Assembly (NCBI RefSeq): GCF_009914755.1
Contig: NC_060926.1
DNA length: 64,000 bases
From: the human T2T-CHM13v2.0 reference genome, Homo sapiens
Reading direction: 5' to 3' (one strand)
The notes under the pieces were generated by a model. The model worked only from the letters and a program-made list of their open reading frames with translations, had not been told where the DNA came from and did no database searches. The translations under genes and the position numbers were made by a program. This document shows, one piece after another, positions 1-13,499 of the stretch. Numbering within the stretch: the first letter of the stretch is position 1; every line of letters starts with the position of its first letter.

Positions 1-383
1 GCCATGCAACTGTCATATCCATTAAGTTGATCAAGACTCCTCCTGATGCAAGGAACACAAATCAAACTGGAACTAGCTGAGACAAGAAAAGACATATTGG
101 TTCATGTGACTGGGGGAAAATGTCTGGCATCAAGTCATGTGGACCCGAGAGCGGAAACAGTGCTATCTGCTGCTTGGTATGCTCTATGCCTTTGCTGTCT
201 TTCACTCTCAGACTACCCACTACATTCATTCTCCGAGTGTGGCCCTCATCCTCTATTGCATACTGCTTTCTCACTGGGAACAGAGGCGACACAAATGTTT
301 TGATGGAGCACATGCTCCAGTAAATTCCTGGGAAAGGATACATGGGAGGTAAAATTCCGAGACCTTGCATTTCTAGAATTTGT

Positions 384-427
384 CAGCCTCCCAAAGTGCT
401 GGAATTAAAGGTGTGAGCCACTGCCCA
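384..427 (-). mobile_element. Short Alu fragment
   Basis: CAGCCTCCCAAAGTGCTGGAATTAAAGGTGTGAGCCACTGCCC. Confidence 0.8.
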
Positions 428-949
428 GAAGTTTATGATATAACTCTCTTCATCTCATAGTTAATAAATAATCTGCTAAGACCTACTGAGGACGTTTTTT
501 CTTAGGATCACAGTGGAAAACTGTAAGAACGGTACTGGGAGGGAGCACTGTCTTGAGAAGAGAAATGCTGGTGGGACCTGGGCATTTGCAGTCAGCAAGA
601 AAAGCTGAAAGAAATACAAACATTCATTCAAAAGCTGCCTAAATTATCTAAGTTTCCATTTCCTCATTATAAAATAGGGCTCAAATGGGACTAGAATAGA
701 GGTAAAATGTGTCATAAAATTTCTGTACCTGGAACTGAACATTCATTGCCTCATGTAATGCACCAAGCAGAGCCAGGCACCTAGAAGTCATCTGTAGTAA
801 ATGTTTCCATTGTCCCAACTCTTGGCTCCCTTTCTTGAGAGATGATTGCAAGACACTCATGGCCATGTGACTTGAGTACCTTCCTGTAATTAGGGTATGC
901 TTCCCTGCCCATGTCAAGCTCAGCCACTAGACTCAATGGAGCCAATACG

Positions 950-1192
950 ATGTGAATGGAAATGACAGAGAAAAGCATGAGGGACAATGCAAGTTTTTTC
1001 CAGTTCTCTTACACTTTCCCTTGGTCATCACTTGTCTTGAATCTGGGCTTCTCCTTCAGCTGGGTCCCAGATGAGAAGACATGGAGCAGGGCCCCAGCTA
1101 ATCTAGCGTATTCGTGAAACAGAAACAAATCTATGTTTTGTGAGCCACTGAAGTATGAGGGTTACTTGTCAGCACGCAAAGCTGATTAATAC
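950..1192 (+). mobile_element. MaLR (MLT1-type) LTR fragment
   Basis: CTGGGTCCCAGATGAGAAGACATGGAGCAG...GAGCCACTGAAG...GCTGATTAATAC, typical MLT1 3' half. Confidence 0.6.
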
Positions 1193-3879
1193 TGAGTCCC
1201 ACATACAGCTAATAAGGAAAAGCAGGAGGAATAGGAAGATGACAGTGTAGAACAACAGGAGGAGGGGGCAAGAAAGATGGAAAGGTGGAAGATGATGGAG
1301 AAGAGGAAGAGAAGGAGACTTTTAGTAACTCTTGTTGCTTAGAATCATGTTAATGTCTGTGAGAAATAAAAGACTAAGGTTAGGATATATATGCTCCCGT
1401 TTAGAAGATTAAAATCTAGTTGGAGAGGAACCACAGACAAATAAAATGTCCTAGTCACAGGGACAGCAGAATTTAAGGGCTAAGCATGCTCCAGACCAAA
1501 GGCTGCAGAAATTCTAGCTGTAGAGGGTAACTGTTGGAGGAGTAGAGAGAACTGAAAGGATTTGAACTGAGCGTTGAAGGACGTGTATACCACTTGAATG
1601 TTCAAAAAGAGGGGAGGTCACTATATGCTGAGCAAAGAGCACAGAGTGCGGGGGAGTGGGGGAAGCCAAGGGTAGAGGCCACAGCCAAAGAAGACCTTCT
1701 TGGCTTGAGGAAGCCATGACTTCTCCTGTAAGTCATCCCAAGAACCTCTACCTCTTCATCAGGAATGTGTCAAGACCGAGGGCCCACCTGTCTTTTTGGT
1801 GGATGAAATGAAGTTAATCAATTGGAGACCTGCACATGTGAGCCGAGCCAGAGATGCATGAGACTGCCATGCAAGGGGAGAGGGGTGCTCAGAGCAGCTG
1901 CTGGTTCCCCCAGAGGTACAGCTAACTGGGCTGTGGAGTCTTGACAGAGGGTGTGTTTGGCTTTCTGACCCCAATCACCCACAAAGTCTGACTGGATTTC
2001 TGGAGAGTTAGCGCAGACTTTCCATTTCTGGAACACCTCCGTAATTTCCTAAAAAAAACAAACTTCGTGGTTTGAGCATATTGCATGTGACCAGTAAGGG
2101 TTAGAAGAGGGTTTTGCAGAGCTGAGATGCAAACAGATGCTGATCTTTGTTCTCTCAGGCAAATACTCCCCTCTTTGCTCTCTCCTCTGGAATTTCCCAC
2201 ATACTGTGCTGACCTTCACCAAGGGATAGTAGGCTCTTAAAAATTCTGACTTGCCCTAACTTGTTCATGAAGGAATTCATGGCAGCTGCAGATCTCCATG
2301 CAGTTCAATTATAGTTTTGTTTCAATGAGAAAGTTGGGCCAAAGGAAAAATAAAGTGGGCAAAAGAGATAAACAAGGAGTAAGACACAATACTAAAGAGA
2401 GAGAGGACCACAAATTTTACAGTGTGCTTCCTGTGGCAAATCCACAGAGGGTAATATTGATTACAAGTTTTCTGGTTTCTAAAAGATAACAACAGATGCC
2501 AGGTGAAGCCCAAGTTGTCCTGGTACTGAAACCAGGGAGAATTTTCCCCCACCCCAATGTAGTAGGTTGGAATGACTTCCACCTTCCATAAAGACCCACA
2601 ATGAATACAATAGCAGGTTTCAGTTCCTCAATGTAGACTAACAACACACATCAAAGTTCCATTAATCAAATGAATTATTTGAAAGACCTAGGCAATTCAG
2701 TCCAGTCTGCAACCATCTGATGGTACCTCTTGACCCAAGAATAGCATGTAGAATATGGAAAAAGAAATGAATGGTTTATCCTTCAAGCAATCTTCTATGA
2801 ACATTATTTCTTTAAAAAAATGAGCTTCTGATAAGAATAGAGCTGCAGAGTTTGAAGTTACACTATCAGGCAAAAACTTGAGATTCACACAATGTATTGC
2901 TCTTGTCAAAGGAAGACTGGATATGCTTTGGCCATAAGCCAAGTGGAGGGTGGGGGCTAACGTCCTCTTTAGTCAGTTTAAGGAGTCTAATCAGGATTGG
3001 AGCCAGCATGAAAATTCACTGAACCTCCACCAAAAAAGTGGGCCAACAAGAGCAGCGATGATTCCCACAGGAACTAGTTCTGCATCTATTCAAACCTGTG
3101 GCAAATTTCCAAACATTGTATGTCATAGAGATAACCCTCTAGCATGTTAGCCTAGAAAATGTTCAAAGCAGCTATTACCAATTGCCCACTAAGACCACAA
3201 AACATTTAATAAAGCATCTAGGACATTCGAATCCTAATACCAGTTCACAGCTAAAAAATATTGCGTGGCCTAACCAAAATGAGCTACACATGATTAACTT
3301 CATAAAATGAGAGTGCTATTGTTAGAAGGAAGGGGGGAGACTGTGCCAATGTTTTTTAAAGGTTTGGATATCACTATGAATTGTTATCATTGAAAATAGT
3401 TACCCGTCCCCACAAAGTCTTCTAATGATGTGAAAAGAAAGTTCTAAGGAATTCTCATTTGTTTTTTCCCTTCTTGCCCCACTGTCTACAGCTCACTCAG
3501 CTCACCCATTAAACCCTGCGGGTCTGTTTCACTTTTTCCTTCCCACACAAACATTACAGTAACAGTCTGGCCTTCCCAAACCACCACTGGAAACTTCAAC
3601 TGAACTGATCATATATCAGTCAACTCTAGGAGACCAGCTCTGATTCCAAGAAACTGTGACATTGCCTCCATTGGAAGTTACAACCTTCACCTGCCAACCT
3701 GGACTCATCCCATAGGCAAGTGAAGGAACGTTTCTCCTCATATTCATCTCTAGCAACAAATTTGGGACATAATTCAAATTAGCCTTAAGTTCCTTAAGTG
3801 GGAAGGATTAGTCTTATAAATTAGTTTATAAATTCCCCCATGACATGTAATAGAGTACTGCATACACTATAGGAGCTTA

Positions 3880-4130
3880 ACAATAATTGCTACCATTTGT
3901 CAAACACTTTCTTAATTCCAGGAGCTGTACTTGAAGCTCTACATAATTATTTCATGCATACATTTTGTCATTCATTCTAACTCTCCTAGAAAGGTATTAT
4001 CCCCATTTTTAAGATGGAGAAATGGAGGCTTTGGCAAATGCATAGACTCATCTAAGACAATACAGCTAGTAAGTAGCAGAGTAAACTTTGATCCCAAGAC
4101 TGACCAGTGCCAAAGCCTAAATTCTTCCTA
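3880..4130 (-). mobile_element. MIR
   Basis: TATTATCCCCATTTTTAAGATGGAGAAATGGAGGCT...AAGACAATACAGCTAGTAAGTAGCAGAG core. Confidence 0.75.
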
Positions 4131-4859
4131 CTCTATAGGCTGTCTCCCTATAAACATTTCATTCCTCCAGTGACCACTGTATCAATGATGGAAATCCTAG
4201 GTGGGCCAAGTTTGGCTCAATATATCACATAAACTACCTAACAAAGTCCAGCAACAGTATGGATCTTGAAGTAGTGAGTATCATCACAGAAACGTCTTTC
4301 TGTCTGAGATATTGTAGAGAGGACCACTACCCTGATTGAAAAACTGGACTAGATGATCTCAATATCTAAAATGAAAAAGCAAAGACTGGAGTCATATTCT
4401 GATCAACAAGGCCAAAGTTAAATTCCAGGTTCCTTTCATTTCAGAAAATGCACATTAAGTGCCTCATATATGAGATACTGTATTTCGGAAGACAGAGACA
4501 AAAGAAGAGACACAGTTACCAGTATGGGAGAATTATTATTATTTAAGCTAGATATTGAAGAGAAATAAGATTTTAGAAAATTGGGGTAGAAAAAAATTGA
4601 AAGTTATACCTAGTAGCAGATGAAGGGAATAGGGGTATTCAAACACAGGAAAGTGAGAAACTATAGAAAAAGTTTAGAGAAATAAAGGTACTTCACAGAA
4701 TGTAGTGGAAGGGAAGCACTGAAAGGTACATTGAAACCAGGCTATGGAGGGCTTTGAATGACTAAAAAATCTGGATTTTATTTGATTGCATTTGGAAACC
4801 ATTGATACTTTAGAACAAGAGAGTGATTTGTTCATGGCTGTGGCTTAAGTAGATCAATC

Positions 4860-5338
4860 TGAATCCTCAATAAAATATTAACAAATAGAATCCAACAATG
4901 TATAAAAAGAATTATACACCATAACCAAGTAGAATTTATCCCAGGTATGCAAGACTGGTTCAACATTTGAAAAACCAATGTAATCCAAGGCATCAATAAG
5001 CGAAAGAAAAAAAGTCATATGATGATATCAATTGATAAAAAAAAAGCAGTTGACAAAATCCAACACCCATTTATGATAAAACTCTCAGCAAATTAGAAAT
5101 AGAGGGAAACATCAACTTCATTAAGAACATCTGCAAAGAACCTGCAGCTAATATCATATTTAATAGTGAGAAACTGGATGTTTTCTCCTAAGATCAGGAA
5201 TAAGGCAAGGATGTTCAATCTCATCACTGTTTTTCAACATCATACTGGAAGTCCTAGCTACTGCAATAAGATAAGGAAATAAAGGGTATACAAACAGGAA
5301 GGGAAGACATGAAACCACTTTATTCACAGATGGAATGT
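4860..5338 (+). mobile_element. Old L1 ORF2 (RT region) fragment within L2-like sequence
   Basis: Decayed [33 protein letters not shown]-like segment; TAGATCAAT repeated on both flanks. Confidence 0.8.
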
Positions 5339-5954
5339 AAATAGATCAATATGGCACCAAGTATAGGACAGAGTGTGTGGAACTAATTATTCCTTAAGCT
5401 CATGCTCGAGTAGAGACCTGCCAGAGCCCACATTAAAAAAAATGAAAAACAAACCAACAAGTAAACAAAGCCAAACTCCCAACTTAAATAGCAACCTTGA
5501 GCTGAGTTGATGTGGATGCTGAGGCACCTGGGTAGAATGTACAGAATTGTGCTAGATGTCAGCTATCTATCTGTTGTGCTTAGGCCAATTTGATTGCACT
5601 CTCCCCACTCCTCAGCCACCCCAAACATTGATTTCTCTTCTGGGTATACGAGGGACATGACACGATAGCTGAAGTTGTGTACTAGTAAGCTGCTTTGTAA
5701 TGGCAATGTATTGATTTTATCTTCTTCCTTATCTTCTGGAAGGCTCAGCCCAAGCAACTAAGATAACACTAGAAACAAAAATGGCCATAATACAATCTGA
5801 CATTTCCATATTTCCTTGATGGTTTCCAAGTGAATATGCCCTTCTATAGCCTTCAAACTAAAGCAGAAAGTTTCAGAGCAATTCAATCGATGAGAATGTA
5901 GTTGAGTGACAATAATATGTAAAACCCAATAGAGAGTAAAAGGAAGTTTAGACA

Positions 5955-6175
5955 AGTGTAGTGTGGTGAAAGAGAAAAAGCAGAAGATTTATAGTCAGTT
6001 GAACCAACCTGAGTTTTGAGTCTTGCATCATTACCTTCAGTTGTGTGACAAGCAAGTTTCTTTATCTCTGAGCTCTCAGCTTTCTTACTTTTGCAACGAG
6101 AATGATAATACTAACCTGAATGCTGTGAGGATGAAATGAGAAAATGCACATGAACTTGGTTGGCTGCAAATGGCT
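5955..6175 (+). mobile_element. MIR
   Basis: TGTGTGACAAGCAAGTTTCTTTATCTCTGAGCTCTCAG...GTGAGGATGAAATGAG. Confidence 0.7.
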
Positions 6176-8686
6176 AAAGAGATGTTCAGTTTGTTTATCC
6201 AATTGGTTAAGGCCAGTTGGCAAAGTCTACACATGAGAGCATTAAATATCCAAAGTAGATGAAGAGTACAGGAAGTATAAAGAGCAGAGGAAGAAGTCTG
6301 CGGGCTGGAATGAACAACAAAGGCATCCCAAAAGATGTGAGACTCCAGCCAAATCTTAAAGGATTCAGAGTAGAATTCAGAAAGAGGAGGCAGGGAAGAA
6401 AGAGAGTCACTGTCATAAAGGAGGCACTCAAAAATAGTTATGGAATGAGTGGGTGAATGAAAACATACAGAAACAAAAGAACAAATTAGAATATCTAAGA
6501 AATAGTCTACAAGCAGTATGTAGACCAGAGTCTAAAATTAAAGATAGTCCTTGATGCTGCAGAAATTTTGTTTAAATGCGTTTTCTATGAGTGCCCATAT
6601 GAACACTAAGGTATTTTCTAAGGATGGGCATTTCTGTTCCAGTAATCTTAGATCACAGGTCTGTAGAAATCACACTGTGGCTGGTCTGACCCCCGTACTG
6701 TACTGTGCTATCTCTCTGACCTATCTGTGACCTGCACATTTTGGTGAATACATTTCCTGTAGCCCCAGTGGGACAAGATAGCTCTTGCACCTGCTGACAT
6801 ATTTAGACACGTATTATCTTAACAGCCAGTGTTCTTTCTTGATAACCACCATATCACCTAGATTGTTAAAGTCAGCTTCCTTCACAAACCACAGTGTAAA
6901 AGATTCTCATGGGGAAAAAAAAAAGGTGCCAAGGTATCTTATGACTTTGGTGCTTGTATTTTCAAAAGAAAGCTTTCAGGTAAGAATAGTAAAAGGGACT
7001 TAGGAGTAGGGGTCTCAGGGGAAATGCAGAGGGAGAGACTGAGAGCAGGCAGAAGAGGGGAGCAGCAGAAATTGATGGAAACAACCATACAGATTTGGAC
7101 TCTGACTTAGGACCTGTCATTAAATCTTTCTGTGATCTTGGGCAGGTTGTGACATCAGAAAGTTGATAGACGTGATCGCTAAGAATCTTGCCGAATATTC
7201 TAGGACTACAAGTAAAAGAGACCCTATTTTCTGTGCTGGGAAAAGGCAAGTCAAGCCCAACTCTTCTTTTCTGGAGCTCTATTATCCTCCTTCCACCCCA
7301 CCCCAATAACCCAGAGAAGTAACTGGCCCCATCATTCAGAAGGCAATGGATAAAGTTGGGTTGAATCAGTAGGTCTATTTTTTTTTCCAGTTATTTTCAC
7401 TCTCCCAAGCTTAAGTGGAATTTCTCATCAAGTTCTAACCCCAGAAACATCATTATGAGTAGCACACTTTAAGCCAGACATTGACAAACCAGACTTTGTC
7501 CAGAGAAGACTAGCCAGAATGGCAAGGGTTTGAGAATTTTGTCTAATGAAAAATAAGTTAGAAAATAAGATGTTCAGGCTGGACAGGAACAGGCTTGGGA
7601 GAAGCCCAGCCTCAGCCATAAGCAGCTGAAGGATGGATAGAGAAAAATCAGTATGTTTGGTGTTACTCCACAGGCAGAAGGAGAGCCACCAGAGGAAGCT
7701 CCAGAACGGCAGATAACATTGCCACTAGAAAAACTTGCCCGCAATTAGAGCAACCAATGTAGCTCCTGGGGGCAGTGACCTCCCTGTCTCAGGAAAGGTT
7801 CTAGCTCAACAGGCTCTATGCCCATCTGCCAAGAGACCTCAGAAAGTATACAGTCAGCAGGATAAGGGGTCGAAGTATCCTTTCCAAGGCTAAGATTCTA
7901 GGATTCCACCTCAGAGTGGACTGTGAAGCTTGGCAAATGTTGGTCACTTTACTTTCTAGCTGTTTTGTTTGTTGCAACTTGCCTAAGTTGTTGTAAACCG
8001 AATCCCGTGATGTATGACTGTATGTTACTGCTTTTCCATGGGTCTTCAAGGGAGCAGGGACACCAAAACCTTTGGTTTAAAGTCCCCCTGGTTTCTGTCT
8101 TCTCTCCCAAGCAGAAGTCCCACCAGTGTGATCAGGAATAAAACACTTCAGGTGCAACGTGATCATTATTCAAAGGTTCTGTGAAGCCAATTACCCCCTT
8201 TGCAAAGTGAAAAGTGCAACTTTGGATTTTTCTGATCAGAGTAATATAGAGAGGAGCCCACCCTTTTCTTACTATACAGAGAAGAGTAAAACACAGTCAC
8301 CTTTACACAGCATCTGAGTGGACCTAACACAGGGCAGTGAAAGTGATGCAGAACAAACTTCAAAGCCTCCAGGAGCACACGTGACCTCAGGTGAGACATC
8401 CAGGAGGTGGGGAACAACTGACAGTGGCCCCTGTTTTGATGGTTTCAAGTTTCTCTGCCCACTTTCTGAGTCCCTTAAATCCTGGCTTTCCTTCCTTAAA
8501 TTGTTCCCTAATTTGCACCCAAAACATTTCTCTTCAAGAAATCATTAAATTTAACATGAAAATACTGTTTCTAATAGGAAATGAACAGAAACAACCTAGC
8601 TCTCCAAAGAGGAGTATTTCATTCAACTCCGAACTGCTCACACATTATGCAACTGTGAACAAGGCTCATTTAAAAATCCATGAAGC

Positions 8687-8850
8687 TTCTAATGTTTTCA
8701 CCACAAAATATATTAAGTATTGAGGTGCTGGATATGTTGACTAGTTTGATTTAATTATTCCACATTATATGCATAAATAGTAACATCACCTTGTTCCCCA
8801 TAAAATTATACAATTATAAATTGTCAATTTGCAATTAAAACAATAAAATC
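8687..8850 (+). mobile_element. L1MA-like 3' end fragment
   Basis: TGAGGTGCTGGATATGTT...AACATCACCTTGTTCCCCATAAAATTATACAATTAT; flanked by AATCCATGAAGC repeats at 8675-8686 and 9159-9170. Confidence 0.7.
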
Positions 8851-8852
8851 CA

Positions 8853-9158
8853 GCCAGACGTTGTGGCTCACATTTCTAATCCTAGCATTTTGGGAGGCCG
8901 AGGTGGGAGGATTGCTTGAGCCCAGACATTTGAGACCAGCCTGGCAACACAGCGAGACTCCATCTCTACAAAAAAAAAAAAAAAATTAGCCAGGCCTGGT
9001 GGCATGCACCTGTAGTCCTAGCTACTCGAGAGGCTGAGGTAGGAGAAGCACATGAGCTTAGGAGGTCAAGGCTACAGTGAGCTGAGATTGCGCCACTACA
9101 CTCCAGCCTGGGTGACAGAGCAAGACTCTGTCTCAAATAAATAAGTAGATAATCAATC
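8853..9158 (+). mobile_element. AluJ-like element
   Basis: Dimeric Alu with GGAGGATTGCTTGAGCCC diagnostic, A-rich linker and tail. Confidence 0.92.
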
Positions 9159-11835
9159 AATCCATGAAGCCACTATATAAAAATGCCAAGGTGAAAATGG
9201 AAAGGCAACTATGCATATTGTAGGGTCATGACCCCATGAGATATGCGTGCATGTGTACAAATACATAAAAGGAAAAAATTTTAAAGACCAATAGTTAAAA
9301 CCATATTAGGGGAAACTTATTTGAAGGTCACCCTCTTCCCTTTCTCCCCATAGACATCTATTCTAAATTTCCATTAAATTCTTAAAATTGTTTGCATAGC
9401 AAGTAATCATTTAAACAAATATTTGATTATTTCAGCATTATTTTTTTTTTTTTTTTTTGCCAGCATTACCTTTTAGAGGCTGGTTTCCTTCCCCCAGAAC
9501 ACGCTCATGTGTAAACTGGGGATGGTTTGGCTCATCTGATTTTTATTTGAAGTTGCCATAGCCTGTTCACTCTGAAGGTTATATGCATGGGAGAAACTTC
9601 ATAACAAAATGGCAGTCAGCCTACTGCTTCATTTTCTTAGCCAAGAAAGGATCTAAACCCTTCACACAACAGGAAGGGGCATGCCAGCCCAGGTACTTAA
9701 ACCAATATTAGCATTCACCAAAAAGTACTGGGGCACCGTAGCCCCCTTTCATAGTGCTGTGAGCTTAGGCTTCCTTTGGGATATAGCTAGTGCTCTGTTT
9801 CTTACTCAGACCTTCACATCCGGCAGACCCTGTACCCCAGTTCTGCCCCTGGAATGGGACTCCCAATTGCCTTGTGCCCAGCTGAGTTCCAGCTAGAGAG
9901 TCAAGTTCCCTAGACCCCATCCCTGTCTTCTGGTGTCCACGATTCTGACAAGCAGGCACATGGCCATAGGCGGCCTTCAACACAGCACCCCCTCCCCCAG
10001 TGTTCCTAAGTTATTGTCACCCTAATTTACCCCACAATCTGACCGTTGGAGGGATCCCTAACACCTTTAAGGAAACCTAAAGAACTTTTACCAGTGACCT
10101 CAATATTGTAGATCAAGGCCAGGGCATACCTCCCTTTCTCCCGTCTCCCTGGAGAAAACAGTGCCTAGAAATACACGTGCAGGGGCCCCAGGCTGTGCAC
10201 ATCCCCCACAGGGCCCGATACCACCTGTTTGGTGTTCCCAAAAGCTTTTTCCAGATGGAGCCACGCAGGCGTTTCTAGTCCCTTAAATCCTAAACCTTAA
10301 ACACTAACTTTAATTCAACTGGGTTTATACATCATATCAATTTTACTGGAGTTGTTGAACATTTCATTACATGGAAAAAACCACCCTGTGTTGGCCTAAT
10401 AGACTATCCAGACTAATACTGGCCCTCTGATACCTGTCCCAGCTCTACTCAGCTTAAGATTGGTCCTTCCCCAAACTCCCGCCAACACTGGTTCTGCCTC
10501 TGCACATGTCTGCTTCCTGTGGGTCACACTCTGAGCGACAGCCCTAAGTCTCTGATTTGTCTCTAATTAGCCCTGCTGTCTCCCCTTTACTAAACTGAAA
10601 GCTCCTTCTAGGGGGGCCTGGGTCAAGGACCAGAGAAACTGGCACTGGATAGGGGCACATAGCAGGTGCTCACTAGGGACTTGCGGAATGAAACTGGAAC
10701 AGAGACATTACCAAACACCCTGAAAGCCCTGAATAGTCTAATAGGAATGTCATCCCTGACCTCATATGTAACACCCAATTCAAGTAATTTGTCATATAGT
10801 GTCTCCCAGTTATTAGCTTCTGCAATGTGGCTGGTAGGCATAGTCCCCTTTGCCAGATCATCTATGCATATCTGAAGTATAGTACAAGTCCCCTAACCAC
10901 AGAGGAATGTTGAAAGTTGAAAATATTATGTAGCACATGTTGGCTCTGCCTCTGCCCTCCCTGCCTTCTGGGTACCTACAGCTCCTGGGCACCTACTGCC
11001 AGTTGAGCCCACATAATCCTGGAGGCACACACTTCCTGAAGGCCACTCTCATGTCTCCCCAGCTCACCCCAGTGTCTCCAGGTCTCCTGCTGCTTTAACA
11101 GCCAATGTCCCCTTGAGTCTCCTTTTGGGCCTCTTCCTCCAACCATGGCCATGTTTTCCTGTTTACATAATTATGAGCAAAAGAGGTAAGAACTCATCCC
11201 AGCCTCCCTCCACATTCCAACCAATGACCATGTAAAACTGAGGAGACCCTTAAGTTGATTTTCCCCTAATTAAAATGGGACAGACTAAGATGTCCTAAAT
11301 TCAAGTTGTTCAGGATTCTGGGGGAAACTGCCCCATGCGCATTACACTAGAGGCTCATCCCTGAGCTCTGAACCCCTTCCTGGGTGCCGAAGTGGGAATG
11401 GAGACCCAGGGAAGTGTGGGGCCTCCAAGTCACTGAGGTGACTCTGGCTCCACCCTTGTCATGTGCCTTGAAGGGCCCCCCACAACGTGGGCACTCACAG
11501 CAGCGCACACTCATCTTTGCAAATATCTGGGAAGCATGTATTTTTAAACAAAGGAAATCCAGAGAGTAAGGCTTGAATATCTCCAGATGGACACTCATTC
11601 CTTGGAAACCTCCTCTCTGCAGCTCAGCTTGAAAAGTCAGACTTTTCCCCTCAACAACTTAGCATTCATGAAAAGAAATTTTGTTCAGAAACTTGAAAGC
11701 TATTTCAATTGCAGAAAAATATGTCCAAAGTTTTCTGCATGTGAATACACATACATGAAGGTACACACTCATTTTAAAAACTGGGGGAAAAGGCAGCCCA
11801 AAGAAAATCTGCATATTGTTAAAAATGTAAATCAA

Positions 11836-12112
11836 GGCCATCATGATGGCTCATGACTGTAATTCCAGCACTTTGGAAGGCCAAGGTGGAAGGATTGCTC
11901 GAGGCCAGAAGTTCAAGGTCAGCCTGGGCAACACAGCAAGACTCTATCCCTACAAAAAAAGACAAAACTTCACCAGGCATGGTGGCATGTGCCAGTAGTC
12001 CCAGTTATGTGGGAGGATCGCTTGTGCCCAGGAGTTCCTGGCTACAGTGAGTTATGATTGTGCCATTGCACTCAAGCCTGGGTGACAGAGCAAGACCTTA
12101 TCTATTAAAGAA
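11836..12112 (+). mobile_element. AluJ-like element
   Basis: Dimeric diverged Alu; TSD-like AAAAATGTAA on both sides. Confidence 0.9.
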
Positions 12113-13499
12113 AAAATGTAATTCCAATTTCTTCAGGCACATGTAAATTCAGTCTACTTAATATTCAGTAGTATGTATCTTTCAACAAGTTTGTCCATTA
12201 TTCTAAATTGCCAAATTTACTGACGTAAATTTGTTCATAATATCCCTTATTATCCCCTTAATAGTGATATCACCTCTCTCATACCTGATTCTGGTTATGT
12301 TTTAAGTTTGGCAAGAGGTTTATCATCTTTCTTGACCTTCTCTCATAACCAGCTTTTGATTTTTTCTATTTATTGGTTCTATGTATTTTTTTTCCACAGA
12401 TTTTCACTCTTATCTTTATAATTTCCATTCTTCTCACATTTTTGGATTTTATTTGCTCTTTTTATTCTGCTTTTTTAAGGTGAAAGCTGAAGTCATGACT
12501 GGAGATCTTTTCTAATATTGGTATCTTTCATGCTATAAATTTCCCCCTAAGTACAGCTTTAGCTGCAAAGCACTGTGAAATCCTATATTATCATTTTCTG
12601 TTTTAAGTACTTTCTAATATGTTTTTTCTTTGACCTATGTATTATTTAAAAGTGTATTACACAGTTTCCAAATATTTGAAGATTTTCCAGATCTCTTTAT
12701 GGATTTTTAACTTAATTCCATTGTGGTCAGAGAACATACTTTGTAGGACTTGAATCCACCTAAATATATTGAGACTTGTTTTATGGCCTGGAATGTGTTC
12801 TGTCTTCATAAATTTTCTACATGAACTTGACAAAAATGTGCATTCAGCTGTTGTTGGGTGGAATGACCTAAAAAGTATCAGTTTGGTCAAGTTGGTTTAT
12901 ACTGTTGTCCAAGTCTTCTATATTCTTACTGGTTTTCTATTTGTTTGGATTTTTCTATTCCTCCTTGAAGTGCTATCAATTTTTGTCTCATATATTTTGA
13001 AGTGCTGTTATTAGACACATAGATGTTTAGGAATGTTGTCTTCTTGAAGAATTCACCCCACTACTATGAAATGACTCTATCTCCAGTAATATTCATTATT
13101 CTGAAATCTGTGTTTGACAATATTGGTACTAACGTTGGTATAATTTTTCATCCCTTTAAATCCATTCATATCTTTATATTTAAAATATTTATATCAGTCT
13201 TTAAATATGCAGATTAAATCTTCGTGGTTAAAATGGGTTTCTTGTGGGCAGTATGCAGTTAGTTGGGTTTTGCATTTTTATCCAATGTGACAATATCTGT
13301 CTTTTTATTTGGGAGCTTACACCATTTCCACTTACTGTGATTATTGATATGATCGAGTTTAAAGCTATGATTGTGATATTTGTTTTCTATTCATCCTATC
13401 TGTTTTCTTTTTCTGTCTTCTTTTGGATTGAGTATTTATGTTATCTCCTTTTATGGCTTATTAGCTAGACTCCATAGTGGTTAGAGTTTATAGTATGTA

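Noticed and set aside
1-9000. Possible lncRNA exons (I recall a lincRNA between EPAS1 and TMEM247)
   Set aside because: Exons cannot be supported from the sequence alone.
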